Assembly: GCA_043228905.1 (NCBI GenBank)
Contig: JBHGNT010000001.1
Location: forward strand, 34,534,001 to 34,598,000
Length of the DNA stretch: 64,000 nucleotides
Source: Azolla caroliniana
Lineage: Eukaryota; Plantae; Polypodiophyta
Direction of reading: 5' to 3'
Below are positions 44,184 through 57,837 of this stretch, piece by piece. Position 1 is the first letter of the stretch. Each line of letters begins with the position of its first letter. Position numbers and translations under genes: made by a program. The notes under the pieces were generated by a model. It saw nothing but the letters and a program-made list of their open reading frames with translations, did no database searches and was not told where the DNA came from.

Positions 44184-46610
44184 ATGGATGGCGAGCAAAG
44201 GCCAGCGGGGCGGCAGGGGGAAGCCACACCAGCGAATGCCAGCTACAACCAGGAGGTGACGTCAGCCGCCATGATCCATGGGTACAACCATGGTGCTGGT
44301 ACCGCCTCGCTCGGGCCTGCCGGCATAAGGCCGGTGTCCGGACAGGCCGGTAGCTATACAGCAAACCTATACAACCACATGGCAGGGACAGCATTTCCGG
44401 ACGCGGGGATGAAGAAGAAGAGGGGACGGCCTCGGAAGTACGGGCCCGACAGCCGTCTCGCGTTGTCGGTCTCCCCGAACACTCCGGGCGCGGCCGTGAT
44501 CTCGTGTCCGTTCTCGCCCAATTCCGAGAAGCGAGGCCGCGGCCGGCCGCCTGGTTCCGGCAAGAACCAACAACTAGCTGCTCTAGGTACCCTCACTTCT
44601 ATACCACATTGTGGTGGGCAACCACGGAAACCCCAGCTTTGGCTAAGAATTCATGATTAATAAGCATGCCATTTAAGTGCTTCATTGAGCATTCCATAAT
44701 ATATCATACCCACCCTTCCATGGTCTTTTTAGGTGACTTAGTGACTAGACCAATTCAGATTGTCTGTGTGCATTTTAGGTGAATTCATGTCTAGGCTCTG
44801 AATGGGTTTGGCACCAAAAACCCCACTGACATGTTTTTTTTTTTTCTCTTTCCTTTACAAATAGGTCCGAGTTGCCTAACAATTTACTGGTGATTTTTAT
44901 GCAAATTTAGGTGAACTGATGCTAGGCTCAATTGGTGTAGGATTCACACCTCATGCACTTACTATTGCAGCTGGAGAGGTAGGATGAATGGTCACATGTA
45001 CGTCCTTTACATTTCTTATGCATGCATGTATGATTGTATGCATATGGTATGGTATATGGTATACGGTATGGTATGGTGTGTATGTATGTATGTATGTATG
45101 GAAATGTGTGTGTGTGTGTGTGTGTGGGTGTGAGTGTGAATGTATGTATATGTAAATGTGTATCGAAGTGGCGAACGAAAAGGTAGTCAAAACGGTTCGA
45201 AAGATTTTGTTGTGTCTTGAACAAGGACGTCTACTTGGGATCTTGCTTCTTGGTGTGTTTTACAATCAAGGAATTTTGCTTTTGAACACTTTGTGGGATG
45301 GTGTGGTCAAGCTGATGAAACCCCTTCTTTATCTACTCTAGGCTTCTCCAAGTACAACACTTTTATTGCAGCAAGTTACCAACTTTTTACAAGGCATAGT
45401 TGTAAGCTAATGAATTCAGAAAGCTTTTTTTGGGGGGGGTCTTTAGCTTTATACCACATGACCATGAATCCTCTGCCACTGCCAAAATAGTCAGCGTATC
45501 CATAGAACCCATTGTGGGGACCCTAACTGCTGCACTAGATCTGGCCATGTAAAGGTTTCAGTTGGATGATCTCTTAAAGTTTTTCACATCTCTCCTGACA
45601 ATGGGGAACACGTTTGTGCCCTGTTTTTGGAATGTGTCTAAGTGACATGTTGTAAAGGTTCTTGGTAGGGTTTCACATTAGAATTGTGTTTATGTATGTA
45701 TTATGTGCTTCTTTATGTGGTAATCATATTTATGGTGTAATTTGATTTTGCTTGCCATTATGTACAGGACATAGCATCTAGAATTATGTCATTCTCACAG
45801 CAAGGCCCTAGAGGAGTATGCATTCTATCAGCAAATGGAGCAATTTCTAATGTTACCCTCAGGCAGACATCGATCTCGGGCGGAGCTGTAACTTATGAGG
45901 TCTGACTTTGTGGAAGCCAGTGTTAATTTTGGAGCTAAGTAAGACTTTTTGTGCTTTATATACTGATGATAATGAGAACCAATGACTCTTTCTCTCCAGG
46001 GGAGGTTTGAAATCCTTTCTTTATCGGGCTCGTTTCTTGTGACGGAATGCGGCGACGGCACACGGAGCCGCACGGGCGGGCTGAGTGTATCATTAGCAGG
46101 GCCAGATGGTAGAGTTATAGGAGGCAGTGTAGCTGGAGCTCTAATAGCAGCTACTCCGGTTCAGGTAACATGTGTGTGTGTGAAACCTATGTGTATGTAT
46201 GTTTGTTTGCATGTGTGTGTGTATGTATGTTTGTATGTATGTAGTTTTGGATATTATACATACACTCACAGGAGAGCATGCATGCTCCATTGTGATGCAG
46301 ATAGTTGTGGGCAGTTTCTTGAACACTTTCAAGAAACTACAACCCAAACCAGCCAAATTACAACCGAGTCCTAGCTTTATACCTAGGCCACTTACGGACT
46401 TATCAAAGACATTTAATGCTGATGGCGATAAATCAATGAATGATGGGGAAACATGTGGTCCAAGTCTCCATCATGGCATAGATGGTGCCATTAGCACTAA
46501 TAGTGACTCATCAAAGGTAATTCTAGCTCATTATGCAACCTAATATTGAAGTCTTCGTATCATCTATAACAATTCAAAGTTGTTTTTGGCAGGAGTACAA
46601 TGTTGACTAA
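44184..46610 (+). CDS. AHL: AT-hook motif nuclear-localized protein (clade-B AHL: two AT-hooks + PPC/DUF296), ~333 aa
   Basis: Exons 44184-44586, 44911-44978, 45768-45899, 46000-46164, 46301-46516, 46593-46610 (1002 nt). KKKRGRPRKY, KRGRGRPPGSGK, GFTPH, CILSANGAISNVTLRQ, GRFEILSLSGS, SLAGPDGRVIGG. The last micro-exon is inferred; the alternative is a read-through stop at 46543. Confidence 0.93.
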
Positions 46611-49600
46611 TTTCAAAAACAAAAGATCACTAGTGTACCAATAGCTTTAGGTAGATGTATGCATTTCGCTTTTGGATTTCATAGATTAAAGGGAGCCTAA
46701 TGAGCTAAACTTTACAATGTAATGGTATCATTTATCTTGATGGGGATGGGCTAGAATTTACCATGTGATGTTAGTTTTATCTTGAAGGGAATGAGCTAGA
46801 AATTGTAATCCTACGTTCTTTTCCTTGACGGGGAAAGAAACCTCGAGCAAGGATGAACAACAAAGGGCACTTGATATCCCGACCTCTTGCTTAGATGCAA
46901 ATACACATGAACCCCCATATAATGTTTTAGCCCTTTGGGGTTTACTGGCACTTAGAACTAATTTCTTGAGTGTGTTATTCTCAATACATGGCACTCTCTC
47001 AAAATTTCACATGCTGATCATCGTAAATCGAATTGTATTTTTATTCCCTATGTACCATAGCTTTGCAATTATACTAACTACTTTCAAGGTCAATGTCAAC
47101 ACTTGTTCACATCGACAAATGTGCTAGACCTACACATTGTTCCACAAACATGACACTATTACCTATACAGAATTGTCTTTGAGATGTGGCTACCATATAC
47201 TACTTGATTGATATCTTTATGATTCATTGTCTCCATAAATCATGATAGAAATTTGGATTGCAAATTTAAGATATTAGCAACATTGGATATGAAAGTGATA
47301 GATTTAGCTTAGACATATTTGTTGCCATGTCGTCAAAGTTACCATCCATTGGGAAGTGGAAACTAGAAGTTTTGGATTGATTTTGGACAATTTCCTTGAA
47401 GAAAATTTTTATTTTTTTCAAATGGTTAGCAAATGTGAGTTGAAGGTGACCATTGATTTATGGAAGAAGAGCCCAACTTCCCACTACAGACGCAAAAGAA
47501 ACCAACCCTTAGAAGGTTAAAAACCCACCCAATAGGGACGGTTAAATAACACCCCTATAGCTTTACAATGGAAGCCATTTGGAACATGCATACCCCAACT
47601 AAGACCAATGGTTTATTTAAGGGCTAGGAAACAATAGTTTATATTCTCTTCCTTACGGATTCAATGTCACAATCTTGGGCTCAATATTTGCATGTAAAGC
47701 TATTCTTGTTAGATTAGCGTTAAAGCAATAAACGGAGAATGAGCCAAGGTAATAGAACACTAAACCCTAGTTAGAGGTAGACAAATGTATGATAAGGAGG
47801 AGGTGCACATATTAGTGAACACAATATATATATATATTACTTGTCTTTAATAGAATGGTCGGGTACAATCACACTTTGTATTATTTCAGAGTGAGCAGAG
47901 AATCACAATGCCTTAATTGATAGTGAGAAAAGTGTGATGTTCCATGAAGGCCTTTGACTCTAGGTAGAACTATGTTTCCCAAACATAAGCCTTTGGCTCT
48001 TCCCTATAGGCCAAACATAAGTACGCGTCCACCCATCCCCTCCATTGGCCAACCTAATTTTGCTAGTTTTGGAGAGGCTACAAGTCTTTGAGAATCCTAG
48101 TAGTGTTCCAAGTCTTGGTGCTTATTTCTTGGGATTTCCAAATAGGGAAATTCATAGTGTTGGTGCCCAAATAATCAGGACCAAAGCTTGGCATGCGTGT
48201 GTGGACTTAAAAGAGGTTGTGTTGGCTGGGAAATGGTTATGGAAGAGAGGACACATTGATATAATAGTGGTTATTATTGTCATTAGCTTTGTAAAGAGGT
48301 CTAGACTATCATAATGGAGAGAAGAAGAACCACCACCATTATCTTTGTCAAGAGGTCTGCGCTATGGTAACGAAGCTAGAAACCACGACCAATACCCTCA
48401 AGACATCATCCACCAATGCTTTCATGAAATCCATGGGATATTGATTGAAGATCTATTACACCATGCTTCAGAGTGTTGTTGGTCGCTTTTCTCATTTGCA
48501 ACATGATCATCGTGGTCATGAACACTCCCCACTTAGGACTGAGGCAATTTTATACGTTGTTATACTAGAGTCATTCTAACTTGGTCATTGCCCTTTGATG
48601 GGATCAAGGAAAGGGCACACTTCCTGATGCATTTTCCAACAAAGAGTCGATGTAATGGAATGTAAATGAACTGAATTAGTGGTCATCGGTCCTATTAATG
48701 TTAAACGAGCCCAAATTAGTGTAAATGAGCCCAGATCAAGGTGTTGCACCTTTTGGCTGCATGGTATACTGAATGTTCTCTTATGGGCATCATATTAATT
48801 TTTTTAAAGAGTGGCTTCATCATCTCTATCAATACTTTAGTCTTGAACCTTGGGCACAAGCCCATGAGGACTCTAATGGCAACTATGTTATGTTACTCGT
48901 ATATTTCCCACTTCTCTATACATTGGCCATCATTGCCTACTTCTCGTAGATCTTGTTCTTTTGTTGGTAGCTCCTACAAGCACTTCCAAACTTCGTGCAT
49001 TCTATTTCCCTTTTCTTTCCCCATGTCCAACTTGCTTAAAACAAACACATCTCTTTGCTGGAAATGATCAACCTAACACGATAATCGTACGAAATTGAGT
49101 AGAGGAAAGAATGACCTATAATGCAAGTTCACAATGATAATACAACAATGTATAGAAAGAGGTACACAACAAGGAATCGATAACAATGTACCTTGGATTG
49201 AAATTGGATTGTGGATCGACTTTCACCGTCATTCTCTTGGTTGATAAATGGATTGATTCATGACGGGCTCTTTTATGCAATTTATTACACAGGTCAGAGC
49301 TCCCTCCACATAATTGGCCTTTTTATAGTGTCATTGCACTTACGAACAACTCATTCAATCTCCTTATCGCTTATGGATGTTCTTCTCCCCATTTAAATTT
49401 CCTCCCCTTTTTGAGCAACCCATTCATTTATTTCACCAATAGAACTAATAAGTATGATTATTTTAAGCATCCTCTTAGTTCCTTTGACTTTATATCAAAC
49501 CTCCAATGCTAACAACAAATTGTCATGTGACAACAACCAACTCTAAAGCGGAAGATCCACTCCATGATACAACTAAGAACCCGATTGATGACCCACTTGA

Positions 49601-50812
49601 GCACCCAATTTATTGCCCGATCTATGACCTCATTGAAGTTGAAGCTTACATGTGGTTGTGTTGGCAAATAACATAGTTGAAAGCTTTGCCCACACCTCAT
49701 TTGGCATCTTCACATCTTGGATATATGCTAGCATTTGATTGTCATCCCACATGGTTGGTGTGTGTCAGGTCAGGCATGGGCTTAAGGGCACCAACAATTG
49801 GTTCTTTCCCATTAGCATATTTATATTGATCTTCTCCTCTTGTCTACTTCTTCCTTGGCTCGCAACACATCAAATGTGGTGGAGCACCTCGACGTGTGAG
49901 CTATGTAACTGCACTACAATGGCAACATTCCATTTCGTCAACACTTATGAGCCAAATCTTCCTGAAGGAAGTTGTCAATTATGACACACAAGAAGTGGAC
50001 AGCCTATGGTGATCACACCTTCACTTTCCAATACCATGAAAAGAACAAGAGAATATATTTCTATAGAAGATGTATATATACACATTGGAATAGACTAAAT
50101 AGAAAAGTTTCATGAGTCATGCCACCAAACAGTAAAAATTATTTTCTTCAAGATTGGGAAGATTACTCTGAAACTATAAAAATACTTGAAAGCAAATCAA
50201 CTATAATCGGCACAACATAAAAAGGAGAGTGCTTGGTTTATATAGAATTCTTGTGGAAGTTACTCATAGAAGTTAGGAAGAATCTAGAATGAATGAGAGA
50301 GTGGTTTGGATAGTTAAGGTATCCACTTCATTTAATGCAAAGGCATCTCCCATTCATAAGGTCAATGGTGAGCTTCAAACACACAAGTCCCAATGAGTAC
50401 CCATCGTAACAACTATATGTTAAGTACCCATCGTATGTTTCACTATATATGCTTCAGTGGCGTGCATCATGGACATAGAGGTTGGCTTGTAATAGAAAGA
50501 AGAGAATTGTAAAACTAAGGAAAAAGACAATTGTTTGCATAATGTGAAAAGACACGTTCATTGTAAGGTGGAATACAAGATAAGGAATAAGCTCCTCCGA
50601 AGAGTTCTTCTTCTCATATAGTCTTCCACCCTCTTTCTCTCTATTTCTAGATTAGGGTTAAGCTATTTAAACCTTCAATAATCACTTATATGAATGTAAT
50701 TAAATTAATTAATGGAATCATAGTTATTCTCTTCATTTTTTTCATTACACTAAAGTGTTTTGATTAAGTGCTTAGGTAGAGTAAGTTCTCCCTTAGATAA
50801 ACAATTGTTATG

Positions 50813-51039
50813 AGAGAGGTTAACAAAGTTTGTTCATGTGGTTAGCATGATCATTAGTAGCTTAGGATAGGTTGACAAATATTCTCATTGAGGTAAAAAA
50901 AAATTAGGTTAGATGGTTGTGGTGTATTACAAGAGAGGTTAGCAAAGTTCATTCATGTGATTAGCATGATTATTAGTAGCTTAGCATAGGTCGACAAATA
51001 TTCCCACAGAGGTGAATAAAAATAGGCTAGATGGTTGTT
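50813..51039. repeat. Tandem duplication, ~119-bp period, 2 diverged copies
   Basis: AGAGAGGTTA.CAAAGTT..TTCATGTG.TTAGCATGAT...AGATGGTTGT at ~50813 and ~50932. Confidence 0.8.
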
Positions 51040-51908
51040 TCGTCTTATACACATCCTCAATGAAGACACATAACTCCATATGAGATTAGGACATGTGTTC
51101 AATGTTACCCATCTTGGGTCAACACATCTACTCTAAGGCCAAAAATGTAAAAGCATAAGTCAATCACCAAAGAATTGAACATCCTTCTCTTACGGGCATT
51201 GGCCATAGAATGCCCCGTGGTAAGTTTTATTGTAGTATTCTATGGTCATGACAGTAACATACTTCCCCTCTTTACTTTATCCACATGTATAGAATACTAT
51301 AGTAAAACTTACCACAGGATATTCTATGGTCATGCCCATAAAATCTTCATACACTTAGAGGTGGTTAATGGAGGGGATACTCCATTGAAGCAAACCTTCA
51401 AGACATTTTTATCTCTTTGACAACAAACCCCTCCTAGTGATCATCATCATCGACATAGCCTTGCTTATGCAATCCATGGGGAAATCAAGAAAATCTCTTC
51501 TTAGAGGCTACAAATCCTTGAGCTTCAACATAATCAAATCAAAGTGGTATCTGGCTCTTCAAGAGACAAACATCCAATGAACACAATGACGAAAGAGTTC
51601 CACATAGTCACAACTCAGAAAAGAACTCAAGAATGTTAGAGCAACGTAAATGAGTGGTATGTCACTCTTGTTGAGCCATCATTGAATAGTTTCAAGCTCC
51701 TTCGTTGGCTACCTCTTCAAAAACCGTGGTCCGTGAGCATGACTCCATAGATTCCTTGTGATAGTTTTACATTTATTTTATCTTGGCCCCTTTCACACCA
51801 AGACACAATTTTGTACACTTCTTGAAGCTATTTTTGTGATTTGCTTTATCCCATTTAGTCACATTGGATCTAGTTTATTAAACCATCATCCAAGAGTTTC
51901 AAAATGTC

Positions 51909-52029
51909 TTCTTACACAAGACGGGCTTGGGAAGAATTGTCACTTCCTTTCCATCTATTTTGTATTTTGTAGCTGATATGCCTTTTCAAAACTAATGGAA
52001 GGATATGTTATTTGGAGGAAGAAAAAAAA
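51909..52029 (+). mobile_element. ~120-bp SINE-like or LINE-tail retroinsertion, copy 2
   Basis: 17-bp TSD AAGAGTTTCAAAATGTC at 51892-51908 and 52030-52046, A-tail, homology to 24125-24241. Confidence 0.88.
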
Positions 52030-54702
52030 AAGAGTTTCAAAATGTCAAGTTGGCTACATGTTTGAAAAACACAAACACCACTTTGCAGTTTTCTTTTTGT
52101 TTTAATTTGTTGCCCCTACAATGCAATTCTGTATGCTTATTGAAACCACTTCTACTATTTTTTGTCTATTGGTTATCTTTTTTCTCCGAGGACCGTAAGA
52201 AAGTTTATCTCTCTTTCTATACATACATTATTACATATATACACTACCTATATTCAAACATGCACATCATAATCATTCATTCACAAATGCATGCACCATC
52301 TAAAATAAATTACAACATCATGACCCAAAACGCAATTATCATGACCTAGCACTAGCCTTTATATATTTTACTTTGTTCAAAAGTATTGACATTTAGTGTT
52401 CATAAGAAAGAATGTGAACCGAATAGAAAGTGAACGGAAACCATAGGCAATAGCTACAAGCCTACAACACAATATCAGCAAGTGGTCTGTCTCATGGAAA
52501 AAAGAGTAGAGGAAATTTCAAAATGAGGAAAATAAGTCAAACTTGTGTTGGTTTCTTCAAAGAGTGGAAGCATATTGAGACAAAAATTTTAAATGGAGTT
52601 AAACTTTACTAGTGGCAATACATTTGCCGAACAAGACAACATTTACATGTAAGAGTGATCACATTGCTTAATGCAAACATATAAAAAATTTCAATCTAAC
52701 TTAATGTAACTTGGATGAAGCCAAGAAATATATCAAGAAAATGACACTTCTATGAAGAAAAACTAGATATCACCAAATTGAATGAATCATTAGCCTGGGA
52801 AAGTTCTTGTGCATATGTGTATGGTGATGACTATGAAAGGTTTAATGGCGATGCATGTGATTGTAAAGATAAGTAATATGCATCTCTATCTATCATCATT
52901 TACGGATATCACAAACGCGTGGAAAGCTAAAACCTAAAAAGAGTTTGTTCAATTGTATTTTATAACAGGTTCAATCAAATTCTTTTATATATTAGAAAGT
53001 AACTTCAATATTCATACCACTCATGCTTTGTACATTGCTAATTTGTTAATGACCGCCTTAGTAAATACTTAGCCTTTCCAACCTCTCGATAAATGTACAA
53101 CTTAGAATTTGTTTTATACACAAATAGTTTTATAAAAGGGTTCATGTCAAATTGGAGTAGAAGAAGGGAAAAAGTAAAAGGATTTATATATATATAGTTG
53201 AATTTTCAAACAGTGACGTTGATAGAAGGTTTTCCATCGTTTCAAATAATAGTTGCTTCAAAGCATAATATCTCGAAGTTATTGATGTCTTAAGCATCAA
53301 TTAGAGAACCTTAAAGTTGAGGAGGATGAAGATGCACAAGAACCTTTGTTCAAGGCTATAAGAGGGAATACCAAATCTTCAAGTAGCATACAATCCCTAA
53401 TTGAGTTTCACCTACATATTGTAAAGAGGGTGTAAACCAACAAGGCAAATACAATATTGTCATGGAGACATTTGGTTTTATATATTAGACATGGGGTATC
53501 TTCTTTTGAGGTTTTTGTAGATTTGATTTGACAAGCAGTTTGGCACTTTCTATTGTAATTGCAACACATATCATGTGCCATGCACGCAAGTCACACCGTA
53601 ATTACTTATTGTGTTTTGTGTATGTGCCATTTACACTGGTATTCTAAGTCCAAGGAAAAGATGTTACACACATGCACACACATCATAAAGAACCTCAAGT
53701 AACAGTATTTGATGAGAGGTATATGCTATCATTGGGTTTTTATGATAGAAAGCTTTGAACAAACATAACTTCAAGGAGAAGACTCGAAAGGAGATTGGCA
53801 AAGAAACGAGTTAGTATAAATTGCAATTTTAAAATTTAGGAGCGCAAAACGAGAAATAAAGGTTTTCTTCATGGAACGATGGTGAGTTTTCTCTCTTTAT
53901 TGGGTAAATCTAGTCCTTCTCTAAATTATATATTTTCATTGAATGGGTGGTTTATGAATGTGATCATTCTAAGTGAAGAGAACCATCTCAATACATATTA
54001 TATGCCTTTATTAGAATTACTTCTAATGGGTTGCATTGATTGCTTCCATTAGGCTTTAGCCCATTGTCTAGTATTTGGAGGTAGTTGAAAATTAAAATAC
54101 ATTGAATGTGATAAGCGTGAATTTTATGTTTATCTCACTAAAAACCATGTTATTAACTACTTTGAAAGATAATTCAGCAATAGCCTACGTGACATGAACA
54201 TTGACTTCCTTGTTTTTCATAAGCAAGGATGAGGATGATACACCCAAACGTACAGAGTGCTAGTCATGAGACAATGTAAGAAGAGCCGCGTCAAGATCAG
54301 CATATATGATTCTTTACATAAATATAACACCATGGACAAGACACATTGGTGAGCTAATGCAAAAATTACACAACTTCGAGGGATAATGTGTTAACATCCA
54401 CTGATTGTAAGTTCAAGAATGGCAAATGAAAACGTGTCATTGTACGTTTTGGTTTGCATTAATGTGAAAATGGTACATTTTCCAGACAAAACAGTTCTCA
54501 CAAAAGAGCTCCCCTACAAAGCACACAAAAAAGAATTGCAACTAACAATTGCAAGGGGCTTTGTCAAAGCATCTCTAGAATAACAAGGATGCGCCTTCTT
54601 TTTAACTCAATCTTTCAAGGCACTATATTGTGATGCCCAAACATCATTACTTTATTCAAGGAGACTATCAAATTGCTATAGCATTTAAATTTGAAGTATG
54701 TG

Positions 54703-55038
54703 AGGAATGGCGGAACACACCTATGGTGATGCAAGGGGGGAGTGGCCCAAGGTGGAACTACCAACCCCCACGTTGGTTGTTTCCTACTCACTTGCCACCC
54801 TCTCTTCGTTGTAGGCCCCAAGAGCCGACTCATACTAGGCAACATTGAAGGGCATCGCCTTAGATATAGGTAGCTTCTTACATTAAGTTAGACCGCAAGG
54901 CATTGTAAGTAGGCTCATCTTCTTTTACTTGATCGGAGGAAGACTCCCCAATGTGTGTATAAGTCTCCTTGTAGACTCTCTATGTAATAATCCTTCCTAA
55001 CTAATGGGAAAGTAGCTTCATTTTGGAAAATAAATAAA
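54703..55038 (+). mobile_element. 5'-truncated L1 (336 bp; ORF2 tail + 3'UTR), same family as 15781-16894
   Basis: TSD (T)AAATTTGAAGTATGTG at 54686-54702 and 55039-55055 (TTT/AAA cleavage site); encodes WRNTPMVMQGGSGPRWNYQPPRWLFP; AAAATAAATAAA tail. Confidence 0.92.
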
Positions 55039-57689
55039 TAAATTTGAAGTATGTGTGCATCAAGGGCAAAGTTTGTGCATAAAATGGCCGCCAAAATCTT
55101 GAATGAACCGAAGTGTTACAACTATGTAAAAGACATGTTTAACATTCCTATTCCCTTTTATCTTCACATTTCTTTCGCAATGACCCACAAATAGAACTAC
55201 AAAATATGATTTCTAAAACGATTCAGCATAGGAACATTTGACACGATCTTTTGAGAATATCTCCAACTTTTCAGGGGAAGTAATAACCATTCTTTTATGA
55301 CATGAAGCGTGGTAAAAAAAAACAAGGCTTTGAGACTAAGGTAGATGGATTTCAAGAAAGTTACAAGAAAGCATAATGGGATTACGGATAGGTTTTCCAT
55401 GTCATCCGTTTCAATCGAGAAAACATGCTAATAGAGTGAGAGCACTTTTTTTCACTTTAAAATGGCAAAGGTGTTTTTGATACCTTTTACCAATAACGAC
55501 GAACGTTTGCAAAGAGAGCTCGCACCACTTCCAAAGAATAATACACTAATTCAATGTGAGCTAGGATGGAAAGTCACTTTGTTAAAAACAAGGCCATGAA
55601 AAAAAAAACTTGCTTGGTTAATTGTGAAGGAGGCAACTGGCAATGGCCTAAATGCGTACATATTATTGCTTCAATGAGCAGATAAAACCTATAAAGGAGT
55701 GTTTATTCTCTTCCGGAAAGCAATAAGGCTCCCTTGCACTCGTACAATGAAATTTCCGTGGGGTCAATACTAGTCAAACTAGAAACTAGTGCACATTTAC
55801 ACAAAAGCCCTATCCCATGAATGAGCTTTTTGTAGGATTCCAATGCATTATGATGCTATGGAGTACAGCCCTTCTATTTTTTTAATAGCTTACATCCAAC
55901 TTAAAAATCATACGGTATACCTTCAGCTTTTAATGTGAAGCAACCATACCTTTTTTTGGTATTCAACCAAAAGAAGGAAGGGTGATAAACTTAGCAAGAA
56001 GCATCCTTCCAAAAAAGTTTATTTTTGTTGTTCCCCAAGGCTCCCAACCATAAATAAAAAGGAGAATTGAATCCCCTTTACTTACTTTCTGAGAAACCAT
56101 TTGTATGCAAATTTGATGCTTGGATCATTTGGGCTCTTTATCGAGGAATCCATGTGTCAAGAGCCGAGGCTCAAACTTTAACTATGATAATAGAAGGAAA
56201 TTTACCAAAACCACAAATGGATAGAATGTGACCATCTTATGTAACCATTGGGATTCAATGAGCACAATAATCTCATTATTTTTATGAGGCTCAACATTAG
56301 TAAAAAACATGGACTGATGATTGCTTTGTTTTTCAGTAAAGTTTCCTTGGTTGCAACATCACAAACTAAAAATGACATTAAATTTTGATTCATATGTATG
56401 ATGGGAGGATACAAAACATTTTCCAGAGCTACATTTTGACATATCGTAAACCCAATGCAAATTTTAATGCTTCCAAAGAGGTTCTAAAAAGATTACACGG
56501 TTGTAAAACTAGTTGTATAAAAAATAAAATGCTCATGCCTACACGCTGATTTATTGTTTTAGACCATTTTCAAAAGAAGAGCCAATTTTTAATTATCTAC
56601 ACAGCAAAGATCAATGAAGTGGTTTAAAATACGATTTGATTATGGTCTTGGCATTCATAATGGGTGGATTATGAAGAGATTACTAAGATTATATTGACTT
56701 ACAATAGTGGATTAAGCAAATCATGACGTGCTTACAAAGTACATTGATAAGAAGAGATTAACGAAGAGTTCAGAATGAAATAAGTGAGTAGAGAGAATAT
56801 TAATGAAGGGGTTGGAATGAATTTGAGTAGATTACGAAGAATGTTAACATTGATAAAGAGACTATAACAATAATCCTTCTCGTGCATCAGGAGGATTGAT
56901 CAAACCACGATTAATGCAGAGTTTAAATAATATAATCAAGCAGTTGATCAAGAGTTTTTTAAAAGAATGCAAACTGCATTTCTTTCAAGATCTTGCTAGT
57001 ACCTATTTCCATTTCAGGATATTATTTAAGTCTGCTCTTCAAAATTAATTGCTGTTTTCTGGATGCTACCGTCAGAATAAGGTACATACATACATATATA
57101 TTATCCAATATATGTGATTCTATGTGATAATACACAGCCATTAAATCCTAAATCCCAATGGTTAGATATGAGTACTATAAGAGAACGATCTCATGGGATT
57201 CTGAACCTGGCCACAAGTCAAAAATAATAATGCAGAAAAACTAAAGAACCAATTGAGGAGATATTTTGGTGGTTCAATCAATGACCATTCACTTGGTTGT
57301 ATAAATTTTAACATCATTACAAAATGAATAGATCTCATGAGACAACATATAAAGAAAGCAATGAACCTTGTATATTGTATAAGTAATATTTACAAGAAGT
57401 CTGGTTTTTGTCTGTTTTCTTGTACATAGCTAAAAGACATGGCCATCTATCCCCTCTTTTAGCATATTTGATTTATAGCAGCACTTTATGGCTGGTCATG
57501 ACAACAGAAAGGAAAATATAATGTCGGTCTGTACATGGTTACAAAATGTAGAGGATGAGGCCATTCAATGCTTTGTTAACTAAATAACCCTTTACATTAA
57601 CTGAAATGGGTGGAGCTATATGGGAAATGTGCACCCAAAAAAAGAAAAAAAAAATGGCTGTGTTGGAATGATCCAGAAATCCTTATGTT

Positions 57690-57820
57690 ATAAATAGGAT
57701 TTGATCACGCCAAGACTATAGAGAAACTAGAGAAAGTTTCCGAGTGAGAATTTAAACCTTGTTCCTTGGGTACGCTAATTATGTAACTTAACATGGGGCA
57801 CAGAGGTAATATTACTTCAA
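57690..57820 (-). repeat. Degenerate tandem copy of the last ~135 nt of the ACR coding sequence in its 3' flank
   Basis: AATAGGATTT.ATCA.GCCAAGACTATA...GTGAGAAT...TTAACAT.GGGCA.AGAGGTA matches 57843-57966. Confidence 0.75.
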
Positions 57821-57837
57821 AAATCCTAAGTCATTTA

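Noticed and set aside
47900-50000. Possible decayed gag-like retroelement on the minus strand
   Set aside because: Only a vague Cys/His pattern near 48620-48650; no termini, TSD or convincing motif.
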